A stretch of DNA of 64,000 nucleotides from assembly GCA_039803205.1 (NCBI GenBank), contig JBDRYB010000007.1, positions 9,152 to 73,151 on the forward strand. Direction: 5' to 3'. The stretch is from a candidate division WOR-3 bacterium. Lineage in GTDB: Bacteria > Hydrothermota > Hydrothermia > JBDRYB01. The position numbers were made by a program, and so were the translations under genes. The notes under the pieces are model-generated. The model ran no database searches. It saw nothing but the letters and a program-made list of their open reading frames with translations, and was not told where the DNA came from. Of this stretch, positions 1 to 9,060 are shown one piece after another; within the stretch, counting starts at the first letter, position 1, and each line of letters starts with the position of its first letter.

Positions 1-2
1 CT

Positions 3-1628
3 CCGGCCGTGATGAAGCTGTCCAAGGAGGACCTCGTGATGGTGGAGAGGGCTCCATCTGAGCCAGGCGCGCTCGTCTCCGAGCTGAGGAACGGTAACCC
101 ACTGGATGAGTATGTGCCTTTCGCGGGAGTAGGCTGGAGGTGGAACGAGGTTTATAATTCCGCTTTCCCATATACCGATGATGGCTCTGATTACTGGCCT
201 TGCATAAGGGCTGATGGCCTTGGAACCCTGTGGGCAATATACAACGGGGTAACCACGAGCTACACCATGGATACCATATTCGTTTTCTGCTCTACGGATA
301 ATGGTTCAACATGGCTCTACCGGGTCGCGATATACGGCACTCCTAATACCTGGGACCCGATATTCGGCTACCTCTCAGTGGACCGTGTCAACAACTGGGT
401 CTACATATCCAATATCCTTGCTGAGCAGGCCGGAGGAGGCCAGTATTATGTTGATGGGACCCTCTGGGTGACCCGTTTCCAGCACACAGGCGGCGGAAAC
501 ATAACCAACCTCGGGACATACCAGTGCGACCCGCAGGGCTGGGGCGGCCTATACTTTGGCGTTGCGGCCGCGCCGGATGGCTCTGGCTCTTCTTACCTTT
601 ATCTCTGCGGAATGGATTGGGTTGGCATGTGGGTTGACGCCTACAGGAGCTCTGACCGGGGCGCAACATGGACATACATAAACAGCAACGACATGGGAAC
701 AGACATAACCAACGCCATAGCGGCTACCCCAAAGCACGGGAGCTCAGGCGCTCTTATAGGCTGGATTGAGCCCGACGATGCTGACAACGGGGACGGAAGC
801 GGCGCTAACGAAGGGGATTACGACTTCTACTGGAGGGAGATGACGAGCTCTAGCGCTAATTCTTACTACTTTGACCAAGGTGGAACCTACTTCAGGGGGC
901 TCCACTCCATGGCCTCATACGGCGGAAGGTGGGTCGCTCCGTTTGACGAGATAAAGGCCTCTAACGACTTTGATGCCTCCTTCTACTACTATGACCTCTC
1001 TTCTTACTGGCTCTACACCTGGGACAACAGCGCGACGGATGTGCGCTCCCTCTCAATGGACATGATACCCCAGAACAATGCTGTCCTCATGTCCTCATAC
1101 AGGCAGACATCCGGCCTGAACGGGAGGCCGTATTTCTGCTGGGCCATGACCTCTGATATGTCCCAATGGTATTATTACTCTGTTTGCGATTACGATGTCT
1201 TCAACTCGGACGCTATAACCGTTCCCTCCGGCGCTACAACCAGGCACACGGATGTCGCGGCTACCCCGTACTCTTTTGGCTCCTACACATGGCAACCCCA
1301 CATCATTTGGAGGAGGACTTCCGGCGCGACAGGCGGCGGGGACCCCTGGCACTCTTGGCCTGATCCGAGAGTGGGTCAGGACGAATCCTCTGGCGGCTCT
1401 GGCCTCTTCGCGGCCTTCGTGGGCAAGGGAATAGCCTACTCGGTCCCTGGCGAGACGAATGTGAAGATCACGCTGTATGACGAAACCGGCAGGATGGTCG
1501 CGAGGACAGAGAACACCCTCTCCGGCAGGGGCGTTTTGGAACTGCCTGATCTGAACCAAGGGGTCTATTTCTTTAATTTCGCGACGGAGGGCTTCGGGGC
1601 GAGGAGAGGGAGCTTTGTCCTGAGGTAG
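3..1628 (+). CDS. Secreted Asp-box (BNR) beta-propeller-like protein with T9SS-type C-terminal domain; 5' end lies before the window
   Basis: Asp-boxes STDNGSTW and SSDRGATW; C-terminus ITLYDETGRMV...LNQGVYFFN. Frame is open to the window edge and aligns with the paralog at 1810 from about its residue 42. Confidence 0.75.
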   Translation, partial: PAVMKLSKEDLVMVERAPSEPGALVSELRNGNPLDEYVPFAGVGWRWNEVYNSAFPYTDDGSDYWPCIRADGLGTLWAIYNGVTTSYTMDTIFVFCSTDNGSTWLYRVAIYGTPNTWDPIFGYLSVDRVNNWVYISNILAEQAGGGQYYVDGTLWVTRFQHTGGGNITNLGTYQCDPQGWGGLYFGVAAAPDGSGSSYLYLCGMDWVGMWVDAYRSSDRGATWTYINSNDMGTDITNAIAATPKHGSSGALIGWIEPDDADNGDGSGANEGDYDFYWREMTSSSANSYYFDQGGTYFRGLHSMASYGGRWVAPFDEIKASNDFDASFYYYDLSSYWLYTWDNSATDVRSLSMDMIPQNNAVLMSSYRQTSGLNGRPYFCWAMTSDMSQWYYYSVCDYDVFNSDAITVPSGATTRHTDVAATPYSFGSYTWQPHIIWRRTSGATGGGDPWHSWPDPRVGQDESSGGSGLFAAFVGKGIAYSVPGETNVKITLYDETGRMVARTENTLSGRGVLELPDLNQGVYFFNFATEGFGARRGSFVLR

Positions 1629-1809
1629 AGGCAGGCCCAAGGAAACTTTGTTTCCCTTCTGAGCGGAGGGTTGATACATTTCGGCCTCCGACGCCTGCAA
1701 AGCTTCCGACCAGGCTTACTGGGTTGAAGCAAAGGGCGTGAGCGGTTGATCTTCCATTACTAAAATGTTAATAATATATAGAGCTTAACTATATGAGGAG
1801 AGGTGTATT

Positions 1810-3531
1810 ATGATGGAAATGGCCATACTGCTGATCTCAGCAGTGATAACCGTGCCGGAGGAGCCGGCGCAAGCAAGTGAGGCAGAGGCCGTAAGGCTCA
1901 CCGAGAAGGCCGTGACGAACATGGTCGCTGTGGCCCCACCGGTTATGATGACCTTTTCCAAGGATGATCTGGTGATGGTAGAGAGGGCACCTTCATGCCA
2001 GGACGCGCGGCTCGTCGCTGAGATCATAGGAGATAACGGTTCTCGCGAATACATGCCCTTTGCTGGCGCTGGATGGGTGTGGAACGAGGTTTATGACCCC
2101 ACATATCCTCACACGGATGACGGGTTTGACTCCTGGAACGAGATGAAGGCCGACGGCCTTGGAGCCCTCTGGGCGATCTACACGGGAACGACTCCCACAT
2201 ATACCATGGATACGATATTCGTGTTCTGCTCGGTGGATAGCGGAAATACCTGGATCTACAAGCTCGCGATATACTCAGACCTGGACACCTATGATCCATG
2301 GGTCGCGAGGCTTTCGGTTGACCGGGTCAACAACTGGGTCTATATCTCCCACATCCTGGCAAAAGAGGCCGGAGGGGGAAATGTTTGGCCTGGAACCATT
2401 TGGGTTACCCGCTTTCAGCATCTCGGTGGAGGCGATATAGCGAATCTCGGGACATACGAGTGCGATCCGCAGGGCTGGGGCGATATATACTTTAAGTGCG
2501 CTGTAGCCTGTGATGGTTCTGGTTCGGAGTATGTTTACCTGGGAGGGATAGACTGGATTAACGGCTACATGGATTACTACAGGAGCTCTGACAGGGGGGA
2601 GACCTGGAGATACATAACCTCGTGGAGCTTGGGGGACTACTGGACCAATGTTTTATCAGCTGCGCCGAGATACGGGGCATCAGGCGCTCTGATAGCCTGG
2701 ATTGATTGGGACGATGTCCAACGCGATTTCCGTTATTACTGGGCTGAGGTGACCAGCGCGGGAGAAACCGGACATTACTTCAGCCCCGGTGGAACAGGCT
2801 TCAGGGGGCTTTACGGCATAGCCGCGATCGGCAATACCTGGGCCGCGCCGTTTGAAGAGGAGGCTGGCCCCGCTAATTTTGATACCTACTTTTATTACTA
2901 CGATGGCTCAGCTTACTGGCTATACACATGGGACAACACGCCCGCGGATTGCCGCTCTCCCGCAATGGATGCCACACCGGAAAACGGTGGAAGATACTAC
3001 CAAGCCTTCTACAAGACCTCATCCGGAATGAGCGGAAGGCCCTACTTCTGCTGGGCCGAGGTCTCGGATATGTCCAGATGGTATACCTGGCCCTCCTGCG
3101 ATTACGATGTTCACGATGAGGATGCCATAACCGTTCAGGAATCCGTGCACTGGAAGTTCATAGATGTTGCGGCCCAGGACACAGGTGCGGGTGGGTATCT
3201 GCCCCACATCGCTTGGAGGAGAACCGAGGGCGCGGAAGCGGGAGGCGACCCCTGGCACTCTCGGCCGGGGACCATCCGCACAGGGGAGTCTCAGCCCGAA
3301 GGGGTCCTCTTCGCGGCCTTCGTGGGCAAGGGAATAGCTTACTCGGTTCCTGGCGAGACAAAAGCGATGCTTTCGGTCTACGACGCGACAGGAAGAACGG
3401 TTTCTAGGATAGAGTGCACCCTCTCCGGCAGGGGCGTTTTGGAGCTCCCGAGCCTGAACCAGGGGGTCTATTTCTTCAATCTCGCGACGGAGGGCTTCGG
3501 GACGAGAAGGGGCATATTCACCCTAATGTAG
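1810..3531 (+). CDS. Tandem paralog: secreted Asp-box protein with T9SS-type C-terminal domain
   Basis: SD GAGGAGAGG upstream; SVDSGNTW and SSDRGETW motifs; C-terminal LSVYDATGRTV...LNQGVYFFNL; colinear with the 3..1628 protein. Confidence 0.8.
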   Translation: MMEMAILLISAVITVPEEPAQASEAEAVRLTEKAVTNMVAVAPPVMMTFSKDDLVMVERAPSCQDARLVAEIIGDNGSREYMPFAGAGWVWNEVYDPTYPHTDDGFDSWNEMKADGLGALWAIYTGTTPTYTMDTIFVFCSVDSGNTWIYKLAIYSDLDTYDPWVARLSVDRVNNWVYISHILAKEAGGGNVWPGTIWVTRFQHLGGGDIANLGTYECDPQGWGDIYFKCAVACDGSGSEYVYLGGIDWINGYMDYYRSSDRGETWRYITSWSLGDYWTNVLSAAPRYGASGALIAWIDWDDVQRDFRYYWAEVTSAGETGHYFSPGGTGFRGLYGIAAIGNTWAAPFEEEAGPANFDTYFYYYDGSAYWLYTWDNTPADCRSPAMDATPENGGRYYQAFYKTSSGMSGRPYFCWAEVSDMSRWYTWPSCDYDVHDEDAITVQESVHWKFIDVAAQDTGAGGYLPHIAWRRTEGAEAGGDPWHSRPGTIRTGESQPEGVLFAAFVGKGIAYSVPGETKAMLSVYDATGRTVSRIECTLSGRGVLELPSLNQGVYFFNLATEGFGTRRGIFTLM

Positions 3532-3555
3532 GTCTTGTGCCTGCCCACATATTTA

Positions 3556-3585
3556 TTGCCCCGTCAACCGCGGAGGCCGTATAAT
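3556..3585 (+). promoter_or_regulatory. Sigma70-type promoter TTGCCC-N18-TATAAT, 6 nt before GTG 3592 (leaderless)
   Basis: Hexamers at 3556-3561 and 3580-3585; no SD. Confidence 0.65.
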
Positions 3586-3591
3586 CTGCGC

Positions 3592-4038
3592 GTGATCCTT
3601 TTACTCCTGGTGGCCGAAGGGCCGGAATCCACAGCGACCTTCCAGACCGAGTATTTCTCTTATGGAAGGCTCCAGATAACCATTCCGGTCCAATCTGTGG
3701 TTGACACAGTCAAGGGCACTGATTACACATGGTATTCGGTGAGGTCCAAGGCCTGGTCAGTTCCCCTGAACATCCTCCTGGGGTTCACCCTTCCCGGGAG
3801 GGGTTTTATTGACAGGGAGGATGTGATCGTCTCGGCCAGACAACGGATAAAGCTCGCGGGGACAAATGGCATGGCGATCTGGGGAACCTACAAGGACAAG
3901 CCTGGGTTTTGGTTTGACTTCACCTCCTCAAAGCTCTTCGGAAAGGATGTGTATCTCAGGGTATGGTATGAGCGAGCCTCGGAATCGGATACCGGGAAGC
4001 TCAGGATGACAATAGAAACCATCCAGAGCCTTCAATGA
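3592..4038 (+). CDS. Hypothetical exported protein
   Basis: GTG start gives MILLLLVA-EGPES; stop overlaps next ATG (ATGA). Confidence 0.65.
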   Translation: MILLLLVAEGPESTATFQTEYFSYGRLQITIPVQSVVDTVKGTDYTWYSVRSKAWSVPLNILLGFTLPGRGFIDREDVIVSARQRIKLAGTNGMAIWGTYKDKPGFWFDFTSSKLFGKDVYLRVWYERASESDTGKLRMTIETIQSLQ

Positions 4039-5006
4039 CCAGGGTCTCCCTCATCGGTCTTGGAAACTGGGGCAAGAACATCCTCCGGACCCTCATAAAC
4101 CTGCATAGGGCGAGGATTTCCCTTGTTTGCGATGTGAGGGAAGAGGTTCTCCAGGAGATAATAGGGCTTTATCCCGAGCTGGTCGGAACGAGGGACCCGG
4201 ACAGGGCAACCGAGGGCGTTGATGCGGCCATAATAGCTACCCCATCACCAACCCACCACCGGATAGCGAAAGCCGCTCTTGAGAAAGGGGTTCATGTATT
4301 CGTTGAGAAGCCCATGGCCATGAGCGTCTCAGAGGCAGAGGAACTCGTCGATCTGGCAGAGAAAAAGGGCCTCCTTCTCTTTCCCGGCCACATCCTCCTC
4401 TTTCACCCAGGCATCCAGAGGCTCAAGAACCTTCTGGTGGGAGGGGAGCTCGGCAGGCTATTCTACATCTATTCCCAGAGGACGAACCTCGGGGTCATCC
4501 GAAAGGACGAAAATGTGGTATGGTCGCTCGCTCCTCACGACATATACATCTCAAACTACCTGATGGGGACGGAGCCGGTCTCAGCCGCTGGTTTCGGAAA
4601 GGATTTCCTCCAGGATGGTGTTGAGGATGTGGCTTTTATTACACTTGAGTATCCTGGGGACAGGTTCTCCCACATCCATGTCTCTTGGCTCGATCCGAAA
4701 AAGACCAGGCGGCTTACGGTGGTCTGCTCTGAGAGGATGGCGGTCCTGGATGATATGGAGGAGGAGGAAAAGCTCAAGATATACGACAAGGGTGTTGTGG
4801 CGAGGCTTTCTCCTGACGAGATCCCGCCCGGCACATTCCACATCAGGTATGGGGACATATGGTCTCCCAAGCTGGATAAAGCCGAGCCGCTTCATGCTGA
4901 GCTCTCCCATTTCTTGGATTGCATAGAAGGAAGGGCAAAGCCCATTACGGACGGAAGGGATGGCCTTGCGGTCGCGAGGATCTTGGAGCAGATAAGCAGG
5001 CCTTGA
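4035..5006 (+). CDS. Gfo/Idh/MocA family oxidoreductase (probably nucleotide-sugar related)
   Basis: N-terminal GLGNWG Rossmann motif, HVFVEKPMA, LAPHD motif. Confidence 0.9.
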   Translation: MTRVSLIGLGNWGKNILRTLINLHRARISLVCDVREEVLQEIIGLYPELVGTRDPDRATEGVDAAIIATPSPTHHRIAKAALEKGVHVFVEKPMAMSVSEAEELVDLAEKKGLLLFPGHILLFHPGIQRLKNLLVGGELGRLFYIYSQRTNLGVIRKDENVVWSLAPHDIYISNYLMGTEPVSAAGFGKDFLQDGVEDVAFITLEYPGDRFSHIHVSWLDPKKTRRLTVVCSERMAVLDDMEEEEKLKIYDKGVVARLSPDEIPPGTFHIRYGDIWSPKLDKAEPLHAELSHFLDCIEGRAKPITDGRDGLAVARILEQISRP

Positions 5007-5045
5007 TCGTCCGGACGGAAAGGGCTAGAATATTCCCTCAGACTT

Positions 5046-6176
5046 ATGAAGGATTTCGTCTTTAGCCTTCGGACAAAGCTGGTTTTCGGAAGGGGAAGGC
5101 TTAAGGAAGCTGGCAGATGGGCCTGCGAGCTCGGGGAGAGATGCCTGGTAATGGTGGGGGGTGGCTCTGCTCGTCGCCACGGATACCTTGATGTCGTTCT
5201 TGAAAGCTTGAGGGAATCCGGGATCTCGGCCATGGTCTACGAGGGGGTTTCCCCAAACCCAAGGGACTCCGAGGCTGACGAGGCTGGTGTCATAGCCAGA
5301 TCAGGGGATGCTGAGTTCATAGTTGCTCTCGGTGGAGGCTCTGTGATGGATTGCGCGAAACTCGCCGCGGTTGTAGCGGCTGAGGGTGGCAAGGCGTGGG
5401 ATTTCGTTGTAGAACAAAGGCCAATAACAAGGGCCCTTCCCGTGCTGGCGATCCCAACTGTCGCGGCATCCGGCTCAGAGCTCGGCGGAGGAGCCGTGAT
5501 ATCAAAGCCTGAGCTCAAACAAAAGATAGGCGTGGGTTCCCCCCACATACAACCGAGAATAGCCCTCTGGGACCCTCTGACAACCTTAACCCTCCCCAAA
5601 AAGCCCACAATGGACGGGGCAGTTGACATCCTCCTGCACATCCTTGATAGGTGGTTCGGTGGCATAGGAGAGAGCTCGGTTGCTGATTCGCTCGCTGTTG
5701 CTCTCATGAGAGAGACGATTTCAGCATCCACGAGGCTTGCCAGGGACCTCTCTGAGCTCCACGCGAGGGAAACCCTTGCCCTCATCTCCTCCCTTGCCAT
5801 AACCCAGCTGACTAACCTCGGCCGAGGGGGCGGGTTCACGGCCCACTCGTTTGAGCATGTGCTTTCCGGAAGGCACGATGAGGTTTCTCACGGAGCTGGC
5901 CTCGCCGCGTTGACCCCCGGATGGCTCTCATGGATGTATGAGGCGTATCCAGGAAGGGGCGAGAGGCTTGACAGGATGTGGGGAGGTGATTTCAGGGCGG
6001 GCATCATCAGTTGGCTCAGAGGGATTGATGCCCCAACTTCCCTGTCCGATCTCGGCATAAAGGAGCCAGAGCTCCAGGAATTCAACAGAGACCTCTGGGA
6101 GCTTTACTCCTGGAGCCTTTCCAGCATGACCGAAGAGGACACTTTGGAGATATGGAGGCGTTGTCTTGGCCGATGA
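5046..6176 (+). CDS. Iron-containing alcohol dehydrogenase (BdhA/YqhD-like)
   Basis: ALGGGSVMDCAK, IPTVAASGSE, metal ligands DILLH / HSFEH / HGAG; promoter TTGATC-N17-TAGAAT at 5003-5031. Confidence 0.9.
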   Translation: MKDFVFSLRTKLVFGRGRLKEAGRWACELGERCLVMVGGGSARRHGYLDVVLESLRESGISAMVYEGVSPNPRDSEADEAGVIARSGDAEFIVALGGGSVMDCAKLAAVVAAEGGKAWDFVVEQRPITRALPVLAIPTVAASGSELGGGAVISKPELKQKIGVGSPHIQPRIALWDPLTTLTLPKKPTMDGAVDILLHILDRWFGGIGESSVADSLAVALMRETISASTRLARDLSELHARETLALISSLAITQLTNLGRGGGFTAHSFEHVLSGRHDEVSHGAGLAALTPGWLSWMYEAYPGRGERLDRMWGGDFRAGIISWLRGIDAPTSLSDLGIKEPELQEFNRDLWELYSWSLSSMTEEDTLEIWRRCLGR

Positions 6177-7212
6177 CATAACCGCTGAGATACACCCGGA
6201 TCCAGCTGATTACTGGGTTTTGGGGCCCGAGTGGAAGGGGCTTCTGGCAGAAGCCAGAGAGACGAGCCCGTTTCTCACCCCTCTCTGGATAGGGCTTTCT
6301 TACGAGTATTTTGGCGGAGAAAGGCTCTCTTTCCTCATCTCTCTGAGACAGAACGGCAGGCTGGTCGGAATCGCTCCCCTCGCCATAAGGCCGGAAAAAG
6401 ACACCGTCTGTTTCGCTGTTGATACCAGGCTAACCGATTACGCTGATCTGATAGTGTCTCCAGCCTACAGGGCTAGATGCATTCCCATGATAGCTGAGAC
6501 CATAAGGGATTTCATGGGAGACGATGGATTCTCCGTGCTTCTTGAACCCATAAGCGGAAACTCCCCGAACCTCAAGGCACTTGAACAAGCCTTCGGGGGC
6601 CAGAGTAGGGTAGTGGCCTCTCAGATGCTTCTGAAGCTCAGCGCGACAACGGACGAATTTCTCTACAAGACCCTGAGGCCGGAGGACAGGAAATCCTTGC
6701 TAAAGAGGGAAGACAGGCTCATGAGGAACCACGAGGCCGAAGTTGATTGCCTGAGGACGCCCATGGAGCTATCTGAGAACCTTGATGAGCTCCTCTGGAT
6801 GTTCGTAGCCGAATCCTCTGAGAAGAAGGCGTTCTTGACCCGGGAGAGGGAGACCTTCCTCAAGGAGGTTTTCCCCCTGGCCGCGAAGGAGGGCATGGCA
6901 AGGCTGTATTACCTCAGGGTGAACGGGGCAAGGGTTGCCGGCCACCTCGTTCTTGAATCAAGGGATACTGTTTATATTTACCTCAGCGCTGAAGGGGCGA
7001 AGGGCGCTGAATTGTCAGCCGGCACCCTCCTCCTCAAGAGCATAATAGAGAATGCCATAGAACGGGGTTTCTCGTGGGTGAACTTCGGGAGAGGAACCGA
7101 GGAATACAAGAAGCGCCTCGGCGCCAAAGAGACGAAGCTTTTCAGGCTCACGGTTGGAGATCCCATTAGCACAGAGGAGAGCGGGAGGCCGGAGAACCTG
7201 ATGAGACTTTAG
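6166..7212 (+). CDS. GNAT-fold protein, CelD/BcsL-like (Acetyltransf_6)
   Basis: PFLTPLW, LVGIAPL, TDYADLI, C-terminal NFGRGTEEYKKRLG; overlaps upstream stop. Confidence 0.8.
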   Translation: MADDITAEIHPDPADYWVLGPEWKGLLAEARETSPFLTPLWIGLSYEYFGGERLSFLISLRQNGRLVGIAPLAIRPEKDTVCFAVDTRLTDYADLIVSPAYRARCIPMIAETIRDFMGDDGFSVLLEPISGNSPNLKALEQAFGGQSRVVASQMLLKLSATTDEFLYKTLRPEDRKSLLKREDRLMRNHEAEVDCLRTPMELSENLDELLWMFVAESSEKKAFLTRERETFLKEVFPLAAKEGMARLYYLRVNGARVAGHLVLESRDTVYIYLSAEGAKGAELSAGTLLLKSIIENAIERGFSWVNFGRGTEEYKKRLGAKETKLFRLTVGDPISTEESGRPENLMRL

Positions 7213-7263
7213 GCCTTGCGCGTAATGGATTTATAGTGGTCTCTGGTTCTATAATCTGGCGTC

Positions 7264-9021
7264 ATGAAAAGATTTTTAGTTATTGGTTGGACTGCGTTTC
7301 TGGCATGCTCGGCACCCCTTGCTAGGGAGAGGTTTTACATCGGCTCGGAACCCGTTGATGTAGCCTTATGTGTTCGGGGTAGTAGGATGGGGCTTGAGGT
7401 CCTTGACCCCGGTCAGGCCCTCATGGAGCCGAGGGCTTTTGTCCGTTTTCGGGATGAGTGGGGGAGGATCAAGGATACCGTGTTCAGACTAGACCGCAGA
7501 GGCGAGGGTTTTTACAGGAACGAGTTGATATGTCCTGTTAAGTCTGGCCTCGCCCAGGTTCTCATAGAGGATCCCTCCGGCGCGAGGATTGATGGGGGAG
7601 GCCGTGGCATATTCAGATACATCGGGCATGAACGCCCGTGGCTTTTTGCCATGGCAATATCCGAAAAAGGGAGGCTCTCCAGCTCGGATAGGGTTGAGAT
7701 AGTGAGGATGTGTTGGAAGGAAATAACGGCGGGTGGTAACCCTATAGCCTATTATTACATCTGGGAATACGACACAGCTAGTTATTCCTGGGAGGACGCG
7801 AAACCAGTCTTGGATTCTGTTCTCAGGAAACCCAACGCTGATGCTCTTTACGCGGCTTTCAGGATTGCCGAGACATTCGGAAAGGACAGCCTTCAGGCCG
7901 CGTGCGCGGAGGATTTCGTCAGAAGGTATCCGAACGATCCTCGGGTAAATGACCCCATCCTTTATCTCGCGGAAAAATCAGGTAACCTTGAGGTATTCCT
8001 GAGGGAGCATCCGGACGATTCGGCCTGCAGTATAGCCGCGCTCTGGTCCCTGATGAGGAAAGCCATGGATGATAAGGACTACGAAAGGTATCAGGACTAC
8101 GACGAGGTGCTCTCTAGGATCAGGCATACCTCCCCTGAATCTTGGATTAGCTTAGCTTACAGGGCTCTAAGTCTATTGGATACAACAGGCATAGATGAAT
8201 TCACGAGGTGTCTCCGCGAGGCTGAGGCGAGGCTTTCCTGGGATACCTTGTTCTTGCTGTATCCTTTTGCGAAACCAGAGGGGAGGAAGAAGATTGAGCG
8301 GCGCCACCGTCAGATTTTTTGGGTTGCGAAAGCCGATTACCTCATGCACCTTGAAAGATACGAGGAGGCCTCCGTTTTCCTCGGGGCTTGTCTTGATTCC
8401 CTCGGGGAAAACGCTTATTTCTCCGCTGATGCTCATTTTCTCTCTTCGCTCATGAACGCGCAGGTGGAGTCAGGCGACACATCCAGCGCCCTCCTCACGG
8501 CGACATGGCTCAAATACAGGGGAGATTTCCCGTCAAACTGGCTTGATACGGTTCTCAGCTGGGCAGATCAGAGAACCCGAGATAGCCTCCTTGCCTTTGT
8601 GGCATCCCAGCTCCCTTTGGCTCCGGATCTTTCCGAAAGGACCCTTGAGGGAGACACAATACGCTCATCGGATCTCAAAGGCAAGATCGTGGTCCTGAAT
8701 TTCTGGGCAACATGGTGCGGGCCGTGCAGGGAGGAGATAAGCGCCTTGAACGAGCTGGTTAAGGAATATGAGAGCGATACCGGGGTCATTTTTCTCGCTT
8801 TGACAGCCGAGGACAGCGCGACGCTTTCCCGCTTTCTCAAGGAGACCCCCTTTCTGTATCGGCAATTGGTTGAAGCGGAGGAGGCCTTTGATGCATACGG
8901 TATAATGGCTGTCCCGACCCATTACATAATATCACCAAATGGGGTCATCCTGTTCAGAAAAATAGGGGGACTGAGGGAAGGCCCAGGGGAGCTGAGAAAG
9001 TTGATTGAAGAAGTTAAATAG
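7264..9021 (+). CDS. Lipoprotein with helical region and C-terminal TlpA/ResA thioredoxin domain
   Basis: Lipobox MKRFLVIGWTAFLA-C; VVLNFWATWCGPC; AVPTHYII. TATAAT at 7250-7255, 8 nt upstream. Confidence 0.85.
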   Translation: MKRFLVIGWTAFLACSAPLARERFYIGSEPVDVALCVRGSRMGLEVLDPGQALMEPRAFVRFRDEWGRIKDTVFRLDRRGEGFYRNELICPVKSGLAQVLIEDPSGARIDGGGRGIFRYIGHERPWLFAMAISEKGRLSSSDRVEIVRMCWKEITAGGNPIAYYYIWEYDTASYSWEDAKPVLDSVLRKPNADALYAAFRIAETFGKDSLQAACAEDFVRRYPNDPRVNDPILYLAEKSGNLEVFLREHPDDSACSIAALWSLMRKAMDDKDYERYQDYDEVLSRIRHTSPESWISLAYRALSLLDTTGIDEFTRCLREAEARLSWDTLFLLYPFAKPEGRKKIERRHRQIFWVAKADYLMHLERYEEASVFLGACLDSLGENAYFSADAHFLSSLMNAQVESGDTSSALLTATWLKYRGDFPSNWLDTVLSWADQRTRDSLLAFVASQLPLAPDLSERTLEGDTIRSSDLKGKIVVLNFWATWCGPCREEISALNELVKEYESDTGVIFLALTAEDSATLSRFLKETPFLYRQLVEAEEAFDAYGIMAVPTHYIISPNGVILFRKIGGLREGPGELRKLIEEVK

Positions 9022-9053
9022 GTCTATAATATTCACGGGAGGTGCGAAGGAGG
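9001..9053 (+). promoter_or_regulatory. Promoter TTGATT-N18-TATAAT and SD AGGAGG for the TonB-dependent receptor
   Basis: Hexamers at 9001-9006 and 9025-9030; SD at 9048-9053. Confidence 0.65.
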
Positions 9054-9060
9054 TTTTAAG

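Noticed and set aside
1690..1730. c-di-GMP-I riboswitch (GCAAAGCTTCCGACC resembles part of the consensus)
   Set aside because: The upstream GGCAAAC/GNRA stem is absent, and the likely promoter of the next gene lies downstream of this region.
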